Shown here piece by piece: positions 1 to 8,187 of a stretch of DNA of 14,996 nt; within the stretch, counting starts at the first letter, position 1; every line of letters begins with the position of its first letter. The stretch spans positions 1 to 14,996 of the forward strand of contig CAZUBM010000034.1 in the NCBI GenBank assembly GCA_964618805.1. The letters run 5' to 3'. This stretch comes from an uncultured Nitrososphaerota archaeon (GTDB taxonomy: Archaea; Korarchaeota; Korarchaeia; Korarchaeales; Korarchaeaceae). The translations under genes were made by a program, and so were the position numbers. The notes beneath the pieces were generated by a model. That model worked only from the letters and a program-made list of their open reading frames with translations, searched no databases and had not been told where the DNA came from.

Positions 1-179
1 AAGTAGCAGAAAAAGTTGAGAAACTGGAAAGGGCATGGAGAGAGCTTGGCTGCAAAATAGTATCTCCCTTCATGACAATGTCTCTTCTAGCGCTTTCTGT
101 TCTGCCTGAGTTGAGAATCACTGACAAAGGTTTGATAGACACGGTAGAGTTCAAGAGGATAGATCTTATAGCAGATTAA
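1..179 (+). CDS. ade: Adenine deaminase, C-terminal fragment (gene begins before the window; not in ORF track)
   Basis: Frame starting at nt 3 reads VAEKVEKLERAWRELGCKIVSPFMTMSLLALSVLPELRITDKGLIDTVEFKRIDLIAD*, stop TAA 177-179. PFMTMS-LAL-V-PELRITDKGL-D is the characteristic AdeC C-terminal motif. Confidence 0.88.
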   Translation, partial: VAEKVEKLERAWRELGCKIVSPFMTMSLLALSVLPELRITDKGLIDTVEFKRIDLIAD

Positions 180-250
180 ATGGAAAATAGGAGTTTTCAC
201 TGAGTAATGTGCGTTAGAAATGTTATCGTTAAGCATTGTGCATAAGTCCT

Positions 251-258
251 AAGGAGGA
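251..258 (+). promoter_or_regulatory. Shine-Dalgarno site (AAGGAGGA) for the HD-domain gene
   Basis: AAGGAGGA ends 6 nt before the ATG at 265. Confidence 0.7.
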
Positions 259-264
259 AGAAAA

Positions 265-1338
265 ATGGGATTGAATCAAAGGTTGAAAGAAGCATTGGAT
301 CTACTTACGATACTGGAAGAGTCATGGGCCGTAAAAAGACTCGTCGGTATAGATCTTTCGGTAGTCCCATCTTGGATCGTTGAAGAACTGGCCACAGCAA
401 GCAGATACGAGCACTCAGCTCATGTAGCACATCTTGCAATTATAGCTAGCCTCAAATTTGATTTAGATCCTCTGCTTCTCTCGGCATCCGGGCTTCTTCA
501 CGATGTTGGATGCGGACCATTCCCTCACATCTCTGATGAGTTAATGAGGATCCTGATGGGATGGGAGCACCCACTTAACGTGAAATTTATGCTAGAAAAA
601 AGTAATGACAAGGAACTAAGCTGTTTAGAGGAATTTGGGCTAAATCCTGCCGAAGTATATCAAGTTATCGCTGGAAAACATGAGTATTCGCCTCTAATAA
701 ATGGAGAAATCGATCTGGACAATGCTGATAACATTTATAGATACATCACAACCATGCCCTCTCTTCCTATTGGAGAACCCAGTTACAGGCCTCTTGAGAT
801 AGTTTCATCCATGAAGCTTGAGAAAAGCGGACTTAGAATAGAGCAAGAAGTTAAAGAGAGGTGGGCAAGCGATAGAATGAGAATTTATTCATACCTGGAA
901 AACCACGAAGGAAACATGACGGCTTGGGTAATGCTTAGTAAGGCTATGAGATTGTTAATGTCAGAACTAGATGAGAATTTCTTTCTTCTCTCTAACAGGG
1001 ATGCGTTCTCTATTTTCCTATCCAAACTACCAGAGCTAACCAAAAATCTGCTAGATAGAAAGTTTCTACTCCTTGAGAACGTGGAAGTGCGAGAACTTAA
1101 CTCTGAAATCAAACCCCTGGTTAGAGAAGATAGAGCAGATTGGACGAAAATTGCTGAGCTGGAAGAACAAATCTGTTCGGAGCTTGGGTTTGAGAGATGG
1201 TCTTTAGGCATCGAAATATTCTCCTCTAAAAGCGATCCGCCATGGAAAAGGCAGAACGTTTGGAAACTGTACTTAGTTTCCGTGTACGATGATGAGGATT
1301 TACGTAATACCTGGAAGAGATACATGGGCCTTTTATGA
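265..1338 (+). CDS. HD-domain phosphohydrolase, SAMHD1/dNTP triphosphohydrolase-like but divergent
   Basis: Motifs SRYEHS, GLLHDVGCGPFPH, WEH and IDLDNAD match the RFEHS / LHDLGHGPFSH / W-x-H / IDVDKWD layout of SAMHD1-type HD proteins. Strong SD upstream. Confidence 0.8.
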   Translation: MGLNQRLKEALDLLTILEESWAVKRLVGIDLSVVPSWIVEELATASRYEHSAHVAHLAIIASLKFDLDPLLLSASGLLHDVGCGPFPHISDELMRILMGWEHPLNVKFMLEKSNDKELSCLEEFGLNPAEVYQVIAGKHEYSPLINGEIDLDNADNIYRYITTMPSLPIGEPSYRPLEIVSSMKLEKSGLRIEQEVKERWASDRMRIYSYLENHEGNMTAWVMLSKAMRLLMSELDENFFLLSNRDAFSIFLSKLPELTKNLLDRKFLLLENVEVRELNSEIKPLVREDRADWTKIAELEEQICSELGFERWSLGIEIFSSKSDPPWKRQNVWKLYLVSVYDDEDLRNTWKRYMGLL

Positions 1339-1364
1339 TTCTCGCTCTATTTGATGTCTTTAAA

Positions 1365-2591
1365 CTACCCTGAGGTAATAGAAATCCAAAACTCATATTC
1401 CTGTTTCGATCTTTCGACCTCTGACTTCAATCCAGCTTCTACCAAGTAGCTATCCCATTTCTCGAAGTAAGCTTTCAGTACGGAACTGCCACTAGCCCTT
1501 CCAAGGAAGTAAAGTAGCCTAACATGCAGCCTGTGATATCTTTCGCTAGCTGTGCCGTGGAAGACGGGATAGTTTTCAACGCTCTGATTGTATAAAAGGG
1601 AGTATGCTGACCAACTTCGGGTAAGAGATATTCTAACATCATATTTTGGTAAGAGAGACTCTAATGTAGTAATTCCAGATAAAAAGGCCTTCAGAGTGGC
1701 GTTATCTTCTATTATTTGCAAGTATATCCATAAGCCCTTCAAGGATAACATGAAGCCATTAAGAACCAGATCGAAGGGGGCGTTAGAATATTCTACATAA
1801 AAGGGACCATAGTCAAGCTCTATTCTAAAGCCTCCCATTTCAAACGGAACTTGAAATGAGTTAGCAAGAAGCCTCGCCGCTCTCTCAAATTCATGTTCTC
1901 CAGTTATCGAGTATGCAATTGCAAAGTAAGCAGAACCAATTCCTTGGGATATTGAGGAAATCCACGGAATGCTTTCCCTTTCCCATGCGAAGTAAAACTT
2001 CATAACTCCGTAGCTTAAGTTCTTGTAGCTTCTCTCTTCTATGTATTCAAGAAGATCTCTCATGACTTCTATAAAACTAGAGTTATCTTTTTCGTACTCA
2101 AGAAGCTCCGTTGCATAATTTAGAGCATTTATGGGATGAAAGTTGAAGCCTTGGCCCCTAATGTATACGAAAGGAAAGCTTAAAGAAGGGTGAAAAAATC
2201 TTTCAAAGAGTTCTGGATCTTTCTTGTTTAGATTAATGTATCTTAGGTTTACCTCTAACGTTTGTTGCAGTACTAAGATGTCTTTTTCGCCTAACCCTTT
2301 ACCCTCAGCAATTTTCTCGAATCTGTAAAGAATATTGGCAAGATCATCCGACAGAGGATGTTTTAAAGAGATAACTTTCTTTGACCTAGCTATGAGAGAA
2401 AATAAATGATTTGCATCACTTTCTTTAATTAATCCTGATTTTGCAGCATTATAAATGGCATCTAATATCTCTTCTTCTCTCAGGGAAAGAGAAACTTCCC
2501 TGTAATCTTCGCTCATGAAGTCTGCCAGAATGATAGTAGATGATAGCAAAACAAATGAAACAATAGAAATAGCCAGCCTTCTTCTGACCAA
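1365..2591 (-). CDS. Exported/membrane-anchored D-glucuronyl C5-epimerase family protein
   Basis: TTG start, then basic residues and a hydrophobic segment (RRRLAISIVSFVLLSSTIILA). C-terminal half has WISSISQG, FYVEY, VLNGFMLSLKGLW and YHRLHVRLL, typical of the C5-epimerase C-terminal domain. Sequons NSS, NLS, NAT, NQS. Confidence 0.75.
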   Translation of the reverse strand: MVRRRLAISIVSFVLLSSTIILADFMSEDYREVSLSLREEEILDAIYNAAKSGLIKESDANHLFSLIARSKKVISLKHPLSDDLANILYRFEKIAEGKGLGEKDILVLQQTLEVNLRYINLNKKDPELFERFFHPSLSFPFVYIRGQGFNFHPINALNYATELLEYEKDNSSFIEVMRDLLEYIEERSYKNLSYGVMKFYFAWERESIPWISSISQGIGSAYFAIAYSITGEHEFERAARLLANSFQVPFEMGGFRIELDYGPFYVEYSNAPFDLVLNGFMLSLKGLWIYLQIIEDNATLKAFLSGITTLESLLPKYDVRISLTRSWSAYSLLYNQSVENYPVFHGTASERYHRLHVRLLYFLGRASGSSVLKAYFEKWDSYLVEAGLKSEVERSKQEYEFWISITSG

Positions 2592-2901
2592 TTTACTAGA
2601 TTAAATGACTAAGGATCTAATAGATATGTTTCCTTTCACCCTTTCCTAAGCTCTCTTAGTAGATAAAAATTAGAGAAGATACTGTTTTAAAACTGGGAGT
2701 TTCTAAATTTCGAAATCAACGGGACGTTATGTTACGGAAAGAGAGATTCTTCTGCCTTGAACCATGATTAGTCATCCCAAATCGTTATGTGGAGAGCTTT
2801 TTAGGATAAATGAGATCGATTCACTGTAGAACGATCTATAACTAGGTTATGTTGAGAGTAAGCGTTAAATCTAGATTCCAGCTATTGTATCCCATAAGCA
2901 A

Positions 2902-3480
2902 ATGGATTACAAGGAAAGAGTGAAGCTTAGCAAGCTACTCAGCTTTATCTTAAGGCATAACCCGGCTTTCTTAGACATTTCTTTAGATTCCGAGGGATTT
3001 TCTGACATTGGCATTGGGGAGCTCGCTGCGAGGATAAGAAATCTAAGGGGATTTGGATGGGTAATGCCTGAAGATATCTTGAGGGTTGTAGAAATGGATG
3101 AAAAAGGCAGATTTGAAGTTAAGGACGGCAGAATAAGGGCAACCTATGGTCATAGCGTGGAGGTAATGCCAAAATACGAGAAAGTAAATGAAGCTCCAAG
3201 GCTCTTTCATGGGACAACAAAGAAAGCTTGGCAGCGAATTAAAAGGAATGGGCTCCTTCCCTTGGGGAGAAAATTCGTTCATCTTACGACAAAGCTGAGG
3301 GAAGCCCTAGATGTAGCTAAAAGACATGGGAAAGATCTAATTCTCCTTGAAGTAGATGGAAATTCCATGATAGGAGATGGATTGATTTTGTGGAAGGCAA
3401 GTGATGCAATTTATCTTGCCAAAAAGGTTCCTCCAAAGTACCTTAAGGAAGTGTCTTCAGAAACCCTCAGCGAGATGTAA
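2902..3480 (+). CDS. kptA: RNA 2'-phosphotransferase (Tpt1/KptA)
   Basis: SKLLSFILRH, KGRF, IRATYGHS, LFHGT, RKFVHLT and WKASDAIYL..VPPKYL match the conserved Tpt1/KptA motifs. Confidence 0.95.
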   Translation: MDYKERVKLSKLLSFILRHNPAFLDISLDSEGFSDIGIGELAARIRNLRGFGWVMPEDILRVVEMDEKGRFEVKDGRIRATYGHSVEVMPKYEKVNEAPRLFHGTTKKAWQRIKRNGLLPLGRKFVHLTTKLREALDVAKRHGKDLILLEVDGNSMIGDGLILWKASDAIYLAKKVPPKYLKEVSSETLSEM

Positions 3481-3528
3481 TCAAACTACTAGATCAACCA
3501 TTAAAAGTGTTGAATAGCTAAGTAGGGG

Positions 3529-3690
3529 ATGGAAAGAAGGATGAAGTTCAAAGACCTAATCCTGCTTTTGCTAGCAGTGTTCATTGCTATAATACTGTGG
3601 AGAGTGGTATGGTTCATCTTGAAAATTGTCGTACTCTTACTCCTAGCTTTTGTAATATTCATCTTCTTGAGAAGCGTATTCAGAGATTAG
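3529..3690 (+). CDS. Small membrane protein, 53 aa (not in ORF track)
   Basis: ATG 3529 (alternative ATG 3541) to TAG 3690: MERRMKFKDLILLLLAVFIAIILWRVVWFILKIVVLLLLAFVIFIFLRSVFRD. Two hydrophobic stretches with basic ends; it fills the gap between two co-oriented genes. Confidence 0.7.
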   Translation: MERRMKFKDLILLLLAVFIAIILWRVVWFILKIVVLLLLAFVIFIFLRSVFRD

Positions 3691-3721
3691 CAGCTTTCAT
3701 CGTCTCGTCGAGGGATCAATC

Positions 3722-4357
3722 TTGTCAATCGCCGTTAAGGTCTTTCCTCTAGGCCTTTTGAAAAGTAATGTGTATCTAGTATATGAGAGGGAAACAAAGG
3801 AGGCTCTAGTAATTGACGCTGGAGGAGGCACTCAATACATTTTGCGAGAAGTTAAGAGAAGGGACCTAAAACCAAAGTTCATTTTGCTGACTCACGGTCA
3901 CTTTGATCACACCTTTGAGCTAGCCGATCTCAAAATAGTCCTAAAAATAGAGTCTTACATTCATGAGGAGGATTTGTGGACTTTTGAAACACTATGGGAT
4001 TCAGGACTTTCTGTTTTCGGTCTGAAAATGCCCAAGCCTGAAATAGACAATTTCTTTAATGGAGAGCCCTCATTTGAACTAGGTTCTCAGGTAATTAGAG
4101 TCATTCATACGCCAGGACACACGCCCGGAAGCGTATGCTATTTTTTGCCGGATGTAAAAGTGTTGTTCACAGGAGACACCCTCTTTCAAGGATCTATTGG
4201 GAGGACAGATCTTCCTGGAGGAGATCCTATAGCAATGAAGGGTTCATTAAAGAAGATCCTTTCCCTAGACGACGATGTTGTGGTATACCCCGGTCATGGT
4301 GCTCGAACGACGATAGGAAGAGAGAGAAGATCAAACCCTTTCCTGAGTTTTGATTGA
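3722..4357 (+). CDS. MBL-fold metallo-hydrolase (glyoxalase II/YcbL-like)
   Basis: THGHFDH (HxHxDH), HTPGHTPGS, LFTGDTLF.GSIGRTDLPGG and VYPGHG motifs; TTG start. Confidence 0.92.
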   Translation: MSIAVKVFPLGLLKSNVYLVYERETKEALVIDAGGGTQYILREVKRRDLKPKFILLTHGHFDHTFELADLKIVLKIESYIHEEDLWTFETLWDSGLSVFGLKMPKPEIDNFFNGEPSFELGSQVIRVIHTPGHTPGSVCYFLPDVKVLFTGDTLFQGSIGRTDLPGGDPIAMKGSLKKILSLDDDVVVYPGHGARTTIGRERRSNPFLSFD

Positions 4358-4402
4358 AGCATCATAATTAGCTCATTATTGAAGTACCATGAAAAAGGTT
4401 AA

Positions 4403-5485
4403 ATGTCGAGTTGGAGGAAGCTCCTGATGAAACCACATCTAGGGCTTTTGCTGTTAGGGGTTCTCTTGGTGGGAATGGGAGGTCTTCTATACTTCAGAGA
4501 AGTGAAGGAAGTAGAGATTCCTGTTGTGCTCACTGGAAATCAGACAAGTACCATGCCATGGAGCGAATCTCCAGGCAAAATCGAAACTTACAGCCACACA
4601 TACTTAATTAAAGCGGCGTTTAAGTTGAAGAACGATCGAGATGTAAGTGTTTCTGATATAGTATACGTGTTAGTCCCGATGAACACTACTCATCAAACCT
4701 CAAAGCTGATATCAATGGAACCAGAACCTCTCGTATTAGAACTGGATGAGAATGGGAATACTTATGCAAAGATAAGAGTAGAAATGGGGCCAAATGAAGT
4801 AAAGTGGATCAACGCAACATTTGAAGTAACTATGGAGAGCTATAAATATTCTTTCAACACAAATGTGGCGCTCTGGCCATCTCTGGAGATGGCAAGAAAG
4901 TACACCACATCGACTGCGGTCTGGACTACTGAGAACGAAACTCTAATAGAGCTTGCGGAGAGCATAGCAGGCGATGAGGACAATCCACTGAATATAGCGA
5001 AAAAGATAGCGGAGTGGGTTGTTAATCATGTAGAATACAGCGTAAACCCTAACCGAAGCAGGGGAGCGAGTCACTGCCTTACATACAAGGACAGCGATCT
5101 CTACATCTATGGGGATTGCACAGAGGTAGCCGATACGTACATAACTCTAGTTAGGATAATGGGCATTCCTGCAAGAGCCGCCTTTGGCATGATGCTTGAG
5201 GAACCAAAGGAGTATTATTGGCTTAATGAAAGTTCCAGAGGAGAGGGAGAGGAGCTTCTCACTCACTGGGGAGGTCATATCTGGCCCCAAGTCTACATCG
5301 AACCTTGGGGTTGGATTGATGTTGAAATGCTCGAGGGTCTGATAGCAAGGGTAGGGGATTATTCTTGGAGGCACATCATCTTTGGCTTGGAGGAAAAGAA
5401 CTTCCTTGAAGAAGAAACAGGTCACTTCTGTGTTAGCATGTATTTAGAAGTCGAGCACATGGAGTTCAGGTTCATTCCACAATAA
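4403..5485 (+). CDS. N-terminally anchored transglutaminase-like (cysteine protease-fold) protein
   Basis: N-terminal TM (LGLLLLGVLLVGMGGLLYF); GDCTEVA...LVRIMGIPAR and GHIWPQVYIEPWGWIDVE core motifs; sequons NQT, NTT, NAT, NET, NRS, NES. Confidence 0.85.
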   Translation: MSSWRKLLMKPHLGLLLLGVLLVGMGGLLYFREVKEVEIPVVLTGNQTSTMPWSESPGKIETYSHTYLIKAAFKLKNDRDVSVSDIVYVLVPMNTTHQTSKLISMEPEPLVLELDENGNTYAKIRVEMGPNEVKWINATFEVTMESYKYSFNTNVALWPSLEMARKYTTSTAVWTTENETLIELAESIAGDEDNPLNIAKKIAEWVVNHVEYSVNPNRSRGASHCLTYKDSDLYIYGDCTEVADTYITLVRIMGIPARAAFGMMLEEPKEYYWLNESSRGEGEELLTHWGGHIWPQVYIEPWGWIDVEMLEGLIARVGDYSWRHIIFGLEEKNFLEEETGHFCVSMYLEVEHMEFRFIPQ

Positions 5486-5487
5486 AA

Positions 5488-5493
5488 GGGTGA
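5488..5493 (+). promoter_or_regulatory. Archaeal-type Shine-Dalgarno site (GGGTGA)
   Basis: Lies in the 12-nt gap between the stop at 5485 and the ATG at 5498, suggesting co-transcription. Confidence 0.7.
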
Positions 5494-5497
5494 TGTC

Positions 5498-6586
5498 ATG
5501 AAAAAAGCAATAGTTATCGTGTTGGTATTGCTTATCTTCATTCCCCTATCCGCTAAAGAAGTTCGCGCACAGCCAAGGTACATAGTTGCCGTTAACTTTA
5601 GAATAACTTTCAAGAGCGATGGTACGGCTATAGTTTCACTGCTGCAACATCCTTTTAATATCAGCAAGAAGGGATTTGAGGATCTATATGGAAATCCATC
5701 TATTCTTCAAGATATGGTAGTACAAGAGGAGAGAACGGCTGCAGGTCTGGTCTTACTATTTGCAGATAATCCTGAGAAGGTAGATTATGAGATTGTAGGA
5801 AATATGAGAATGAAAGATGATGAAGTAGTTCTTTGCGACGTTGAAAACATAGGAGAAATGAAGGAGTTGAAGGGAGCAATCGTTTTAGATGTCTTAGTTC
5901 ATCTAGAAACCACAAACGCAATAGAACAGCTTAATGACCGCATTTACAGGATCAGGATTACTGACTGTTATACGAGGCTAAACCCCATGAGCTGGATAGA
6001 TGTCATAGAGTTCAGGATGGGAGAAGATGTTCAACTCATCTCATATAAGTGGAGTCCTAAGAGCGCTAAAGGGCCCAAGATAGCAGAGGATGACAGATTA
6101 TTGTGGGAGAATTTCAACGAACCAGAGGCGCCCAATGAATACATTTTGGAGCTAAAGCTACCTAGATTTGAGTTAAAGGGAGCGAAAGGGTATGAAGTAA
6201 TGGCTTCTTCCAGCTTTTCAAACGGTTTACTTCACGTTTCTTTAACTAACGTAGGAAATGATGGTTTCTTTTACATAAGAGCTGTTGGAGATAGCATAGA
6301 TCAGGTCAGAAAGGTTTACTTGAGGAAAGGAGAAAGTGCTAACTTAAGCTTTCCAGCTCCTAAAAAGGTAAAAGTAGAGATCTGGCACGAAAGTACCATG
6401 TTAGGAGAAGCAAAGTGGGTTGAGGAAGTAGAAAGAGGGACGCACCTGAAATCTCCGAGCATTACGGTTTTAGCAGTGATCGTTATGGGACTAGTTCTAA
6501 TTTTCCTATCCTTTCTCGTGGAGAAGGAGCCAAGAAAGCCAGAAACAATAAAAGATATTGGAGAGGGCTTTGGGCTAGTGAGATAG
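5498..6586 (+). CDS. Exported protein with signal peptide and C-terminal membrane anchor, function unknown
   Basis: MKKAIVIVLVLLIFIPLSA signal peptide, beta-strand-like body, C-terminal TM ITVLAVIVMGLVLIFLSFLV followed by a short charged tail. Confidence 0.75.
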   Translation: MKKAIVIVLVLLIFIPLSAKEVRAQPRYIVAVNFRITFKSDGTAIVSLLQHPFNISKKGFEDLYGNPSILQDMVVQEERTAAGLVLLFADNPEKVDYEIVGNMRMKDDEVVLCDVENIGEMKELKGAIVLDVLVHLETTNAIEQLNDRIYRIRITDCYTRLNPMSWIDVIEFRMGEDVQLISYKWSPKSAKGPKIAEDDRLLWENFNEPEAPNEYILELKLPRFELKGAKGYEVMASSSFSNGLLHVSLTNVGNDGFFYIRAVGDSIDQVRKVYLRKGESANLSFPAPKKVKVEIWHESTMLGEAKWVEEVERGTHLKSPSITVLAVIVMGLVLIFLSFLVEKEPRKPETIKDIGEGFGLVR

Positions 6587-6641
6587 TTGAATAAAGTCTC
6601 AGATCCCTACCACAACTATACTCATTATTCTAAGATGATTT

Positions 6642-7514
6642 TTAGTCATGTTTCTCTCTTGTAACGTAAGGCTCTATGTGAACTATAACATCTTTGGTAT
6701 CCGGTAACTCCTCCTTAATTCGCTTCAAAACTTCATCAGCTAAGTCATGCGCGCTCTTAACATTCATATCAGGATCGACTAAAACATGTAAATCAAGAAA
6801 GACATTTTTACCAACCTTCCTAGCTCTTATCTTATGAAATTCCTTAACTTCTTTCATCGAACCAACGATTTCACTCACTTTGACAATGTAGTCCTTGCCA
6901 GGATACACATCTGTGATGAAATCTTTAATCTCGATAAAGCTCTTGACAGAAGCCCATCCCATGAAGAAGATTACAACACATAGCGCAACAAGGTCCCATA
7001 TTGGGGAAAAAAGCGATGCCAGTAGCACACCTATAAGGACAGAAGCCCCTTCAAAAATGTCAGAGAAGATGTGAAGTTCCTCTGTTCTAACTGCAAGACC
7101 TGAATGCCCAGATCTTCTGTAAAACCATAAAGCAATGATGTTGGAGAGCGGGGAAGCTGAAGTGTATAGAGGAGCCCTTCCACCGATGGAAACATCCTCT
7201 ATTAAAGTCCATCTTTCAAAGAGGGTATGAACTAGAATTATTAACATGGAAAATATGTAGGAAAGTGTTATGATAGCTGAAAGAGCTTCAAACCTCATAT
7301 GTCCATATGGGTGCTCCTCATCTGGTGGTTCTACAGCCTTCTTTACGAAGAAAGCTGTGAAGAAGGATGAGATCACATTTCCAAAGGAATCAAGCCCGTC
7401 AGCAATAAGAGCTAGACTCTCTGTGAATATTCCCCCAAGAGTACTAAATAAAACCTTTAGGCAGTTGAGCACAAAAGGGACCCATAAACTCCTTGACAAT
7501 CTCAATAAAAGCAT
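6642..7514 (-). CDS. Cation diffusion facilitator (FieF/YiiP-like) transporter
   Basis: SLALIADGLDS, PPDEEHPYGHMRFE, LHIFSD, and C-terminal dimerisation-domain motifs LDLHVLVD...AHDLA...VHIEP. Confidence 0.92.
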   Translation of the reverse strand: MLLLRLSRSLWVPFVLNCLKVLFSTLGGIFTESLALIADGLDSFGNVISSFFTAFFVKKAVEPPDEEHPYGHMRFEALSAIITLSYIFSMLIILVHTLFERWTLIEDVSIGGRAPLYTSASPLSNIIALWFYRRSGHSGLAVRTEELHIFSDIFEGASVLIGVLLASLFSPIWDLVALCVVIFFMGWASVKSFIEIKDFITDVYPGKDYIVKVSEIVGSMKEVKEFHKIRARKVGKNVFLDLHVLVDPDMNVKSAHDLADEVLKRIKEELPDTKDVIVHIEPYVTREKHD

Positions 7515-7593
7515 TCAAAGCTACTTAAAAAGATAAAGATCTGAAATGAAAAAGAAATGAGCGATTGAAGCAAAGCAGTTATTTAGAGCTAAA

Positions 7594-8187
7594 TTATTCC
7601 AGCGTAGCATGCCTTCTAGCCAGATCTTCTTCCGTCTTTCCTAGCCTTGAAGCTAGCTCGGATATCAAAGCGTCGCAAAAGATCAGAGTTGAGATTTCAA
7701 AAAGCGTGCCAAGCGGAGTTAGTGGCTCATGGATGCCCATTATCTGTCTTGATTCGTAGTCTGTATGAGCGGCTGGCAGCACCCTTCCCTTGATGACTAA
7801 GGAGAGATCAGCCAATTTGCCTAAGGTCGATTCTGGATAACTCGTTATTACAGCAAGAATGCCTCCAAGCTCCTTAGCTTGTTTGGCAATTGTAACAGGA
7901 TAGAGAGTCTCTCCAGACCCGCTTATGACTATCAGAAGATCTCCTGGATCCATTCTCGGAGTGATTGTTTCTCCAACGACGTGAACAGAAAAGCCCAAAT
8001 GCATTAATCTCATGGCAAAAGCTTTGGCGACAAGCCCAGATCTTCCAGCTCCCGCAACGAATATCTTACGATCTCCCAACGTTCTAAGAATTGTTGAAGC
8101 AAAACGTTCCACTTCTGAGTCATCAATATCTGAAAGGACGCTTGATATGGCTTCAACAATCCTCTTTGCCCTGTCCCTTACCTCCAG
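7594..8187 (-). CDS. hxlB: 6-phospho-3-hexuloisomerase (SIS domain)
   Basis: IFVAGAGRSGLVAKAFAMRLMHLG, VVGETITP, ISGSGET, PLGTLFE and the C-terminal RHATLE. The frame stays open upstream of the track's GTG (8112) to an in-frame TAA at 8191-8193. Start placed at CTG 8187 (start position less certain than the product). Confidence 0.9.
   Translation of the reverse strand: MEVRDRAKRIVEAISSVLSDIDDSEVERFASTILRTLGDRKIFVAGAGRSGLVAKAFAMRLMHLGFSVHVVGETITPRMDPGDLLIVISGSGETLYPVTIAKQAKELGGILAVITSYPESTLGKLADLSLVIKGRVLPAAHTDYESRQIMGIHEPLTPLGTLFEISTLIFCDALISELASRLGKTEEDLARRHATLE

Noticed and set aside
265-1338. Anti-phage dNTP-depletion defence island
   Set aside because: Neighbours are housekeeping or metabolic genes, no other defence or mobility genes are present, and the dNTP-contact residues are altered.
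2729-2829. Tiny ORFs (12-21 aa) in the long intergenic region
   Set aside because: Too short, with no SD or motif support; expected by chance.
2716-2880. CRISPR array suggested by the ~60-nt periodicity
   Set aside because: The shared core is only 7-13 nt, far shorter than a CRISPR repeat, and there are no cas genes in the window. Kept only as a motif finding.
3722-4357. Beta-lactamase or RNase assignment for the MBL-fold protein
   Set aside because: The GSIGRTDLPGG and PGHG motifs and the size fit the glyoxalase II/YcbL-like group, and there is no beta-CASP domain or signal peptide.
6595-6650. Possible C/D box sRNA on the minus strand (ATGACTA...ATGAGTA...CTGA)
   Set aside because: The C-box matches have two mismatches each and there is no clear D' box or terminal stem.
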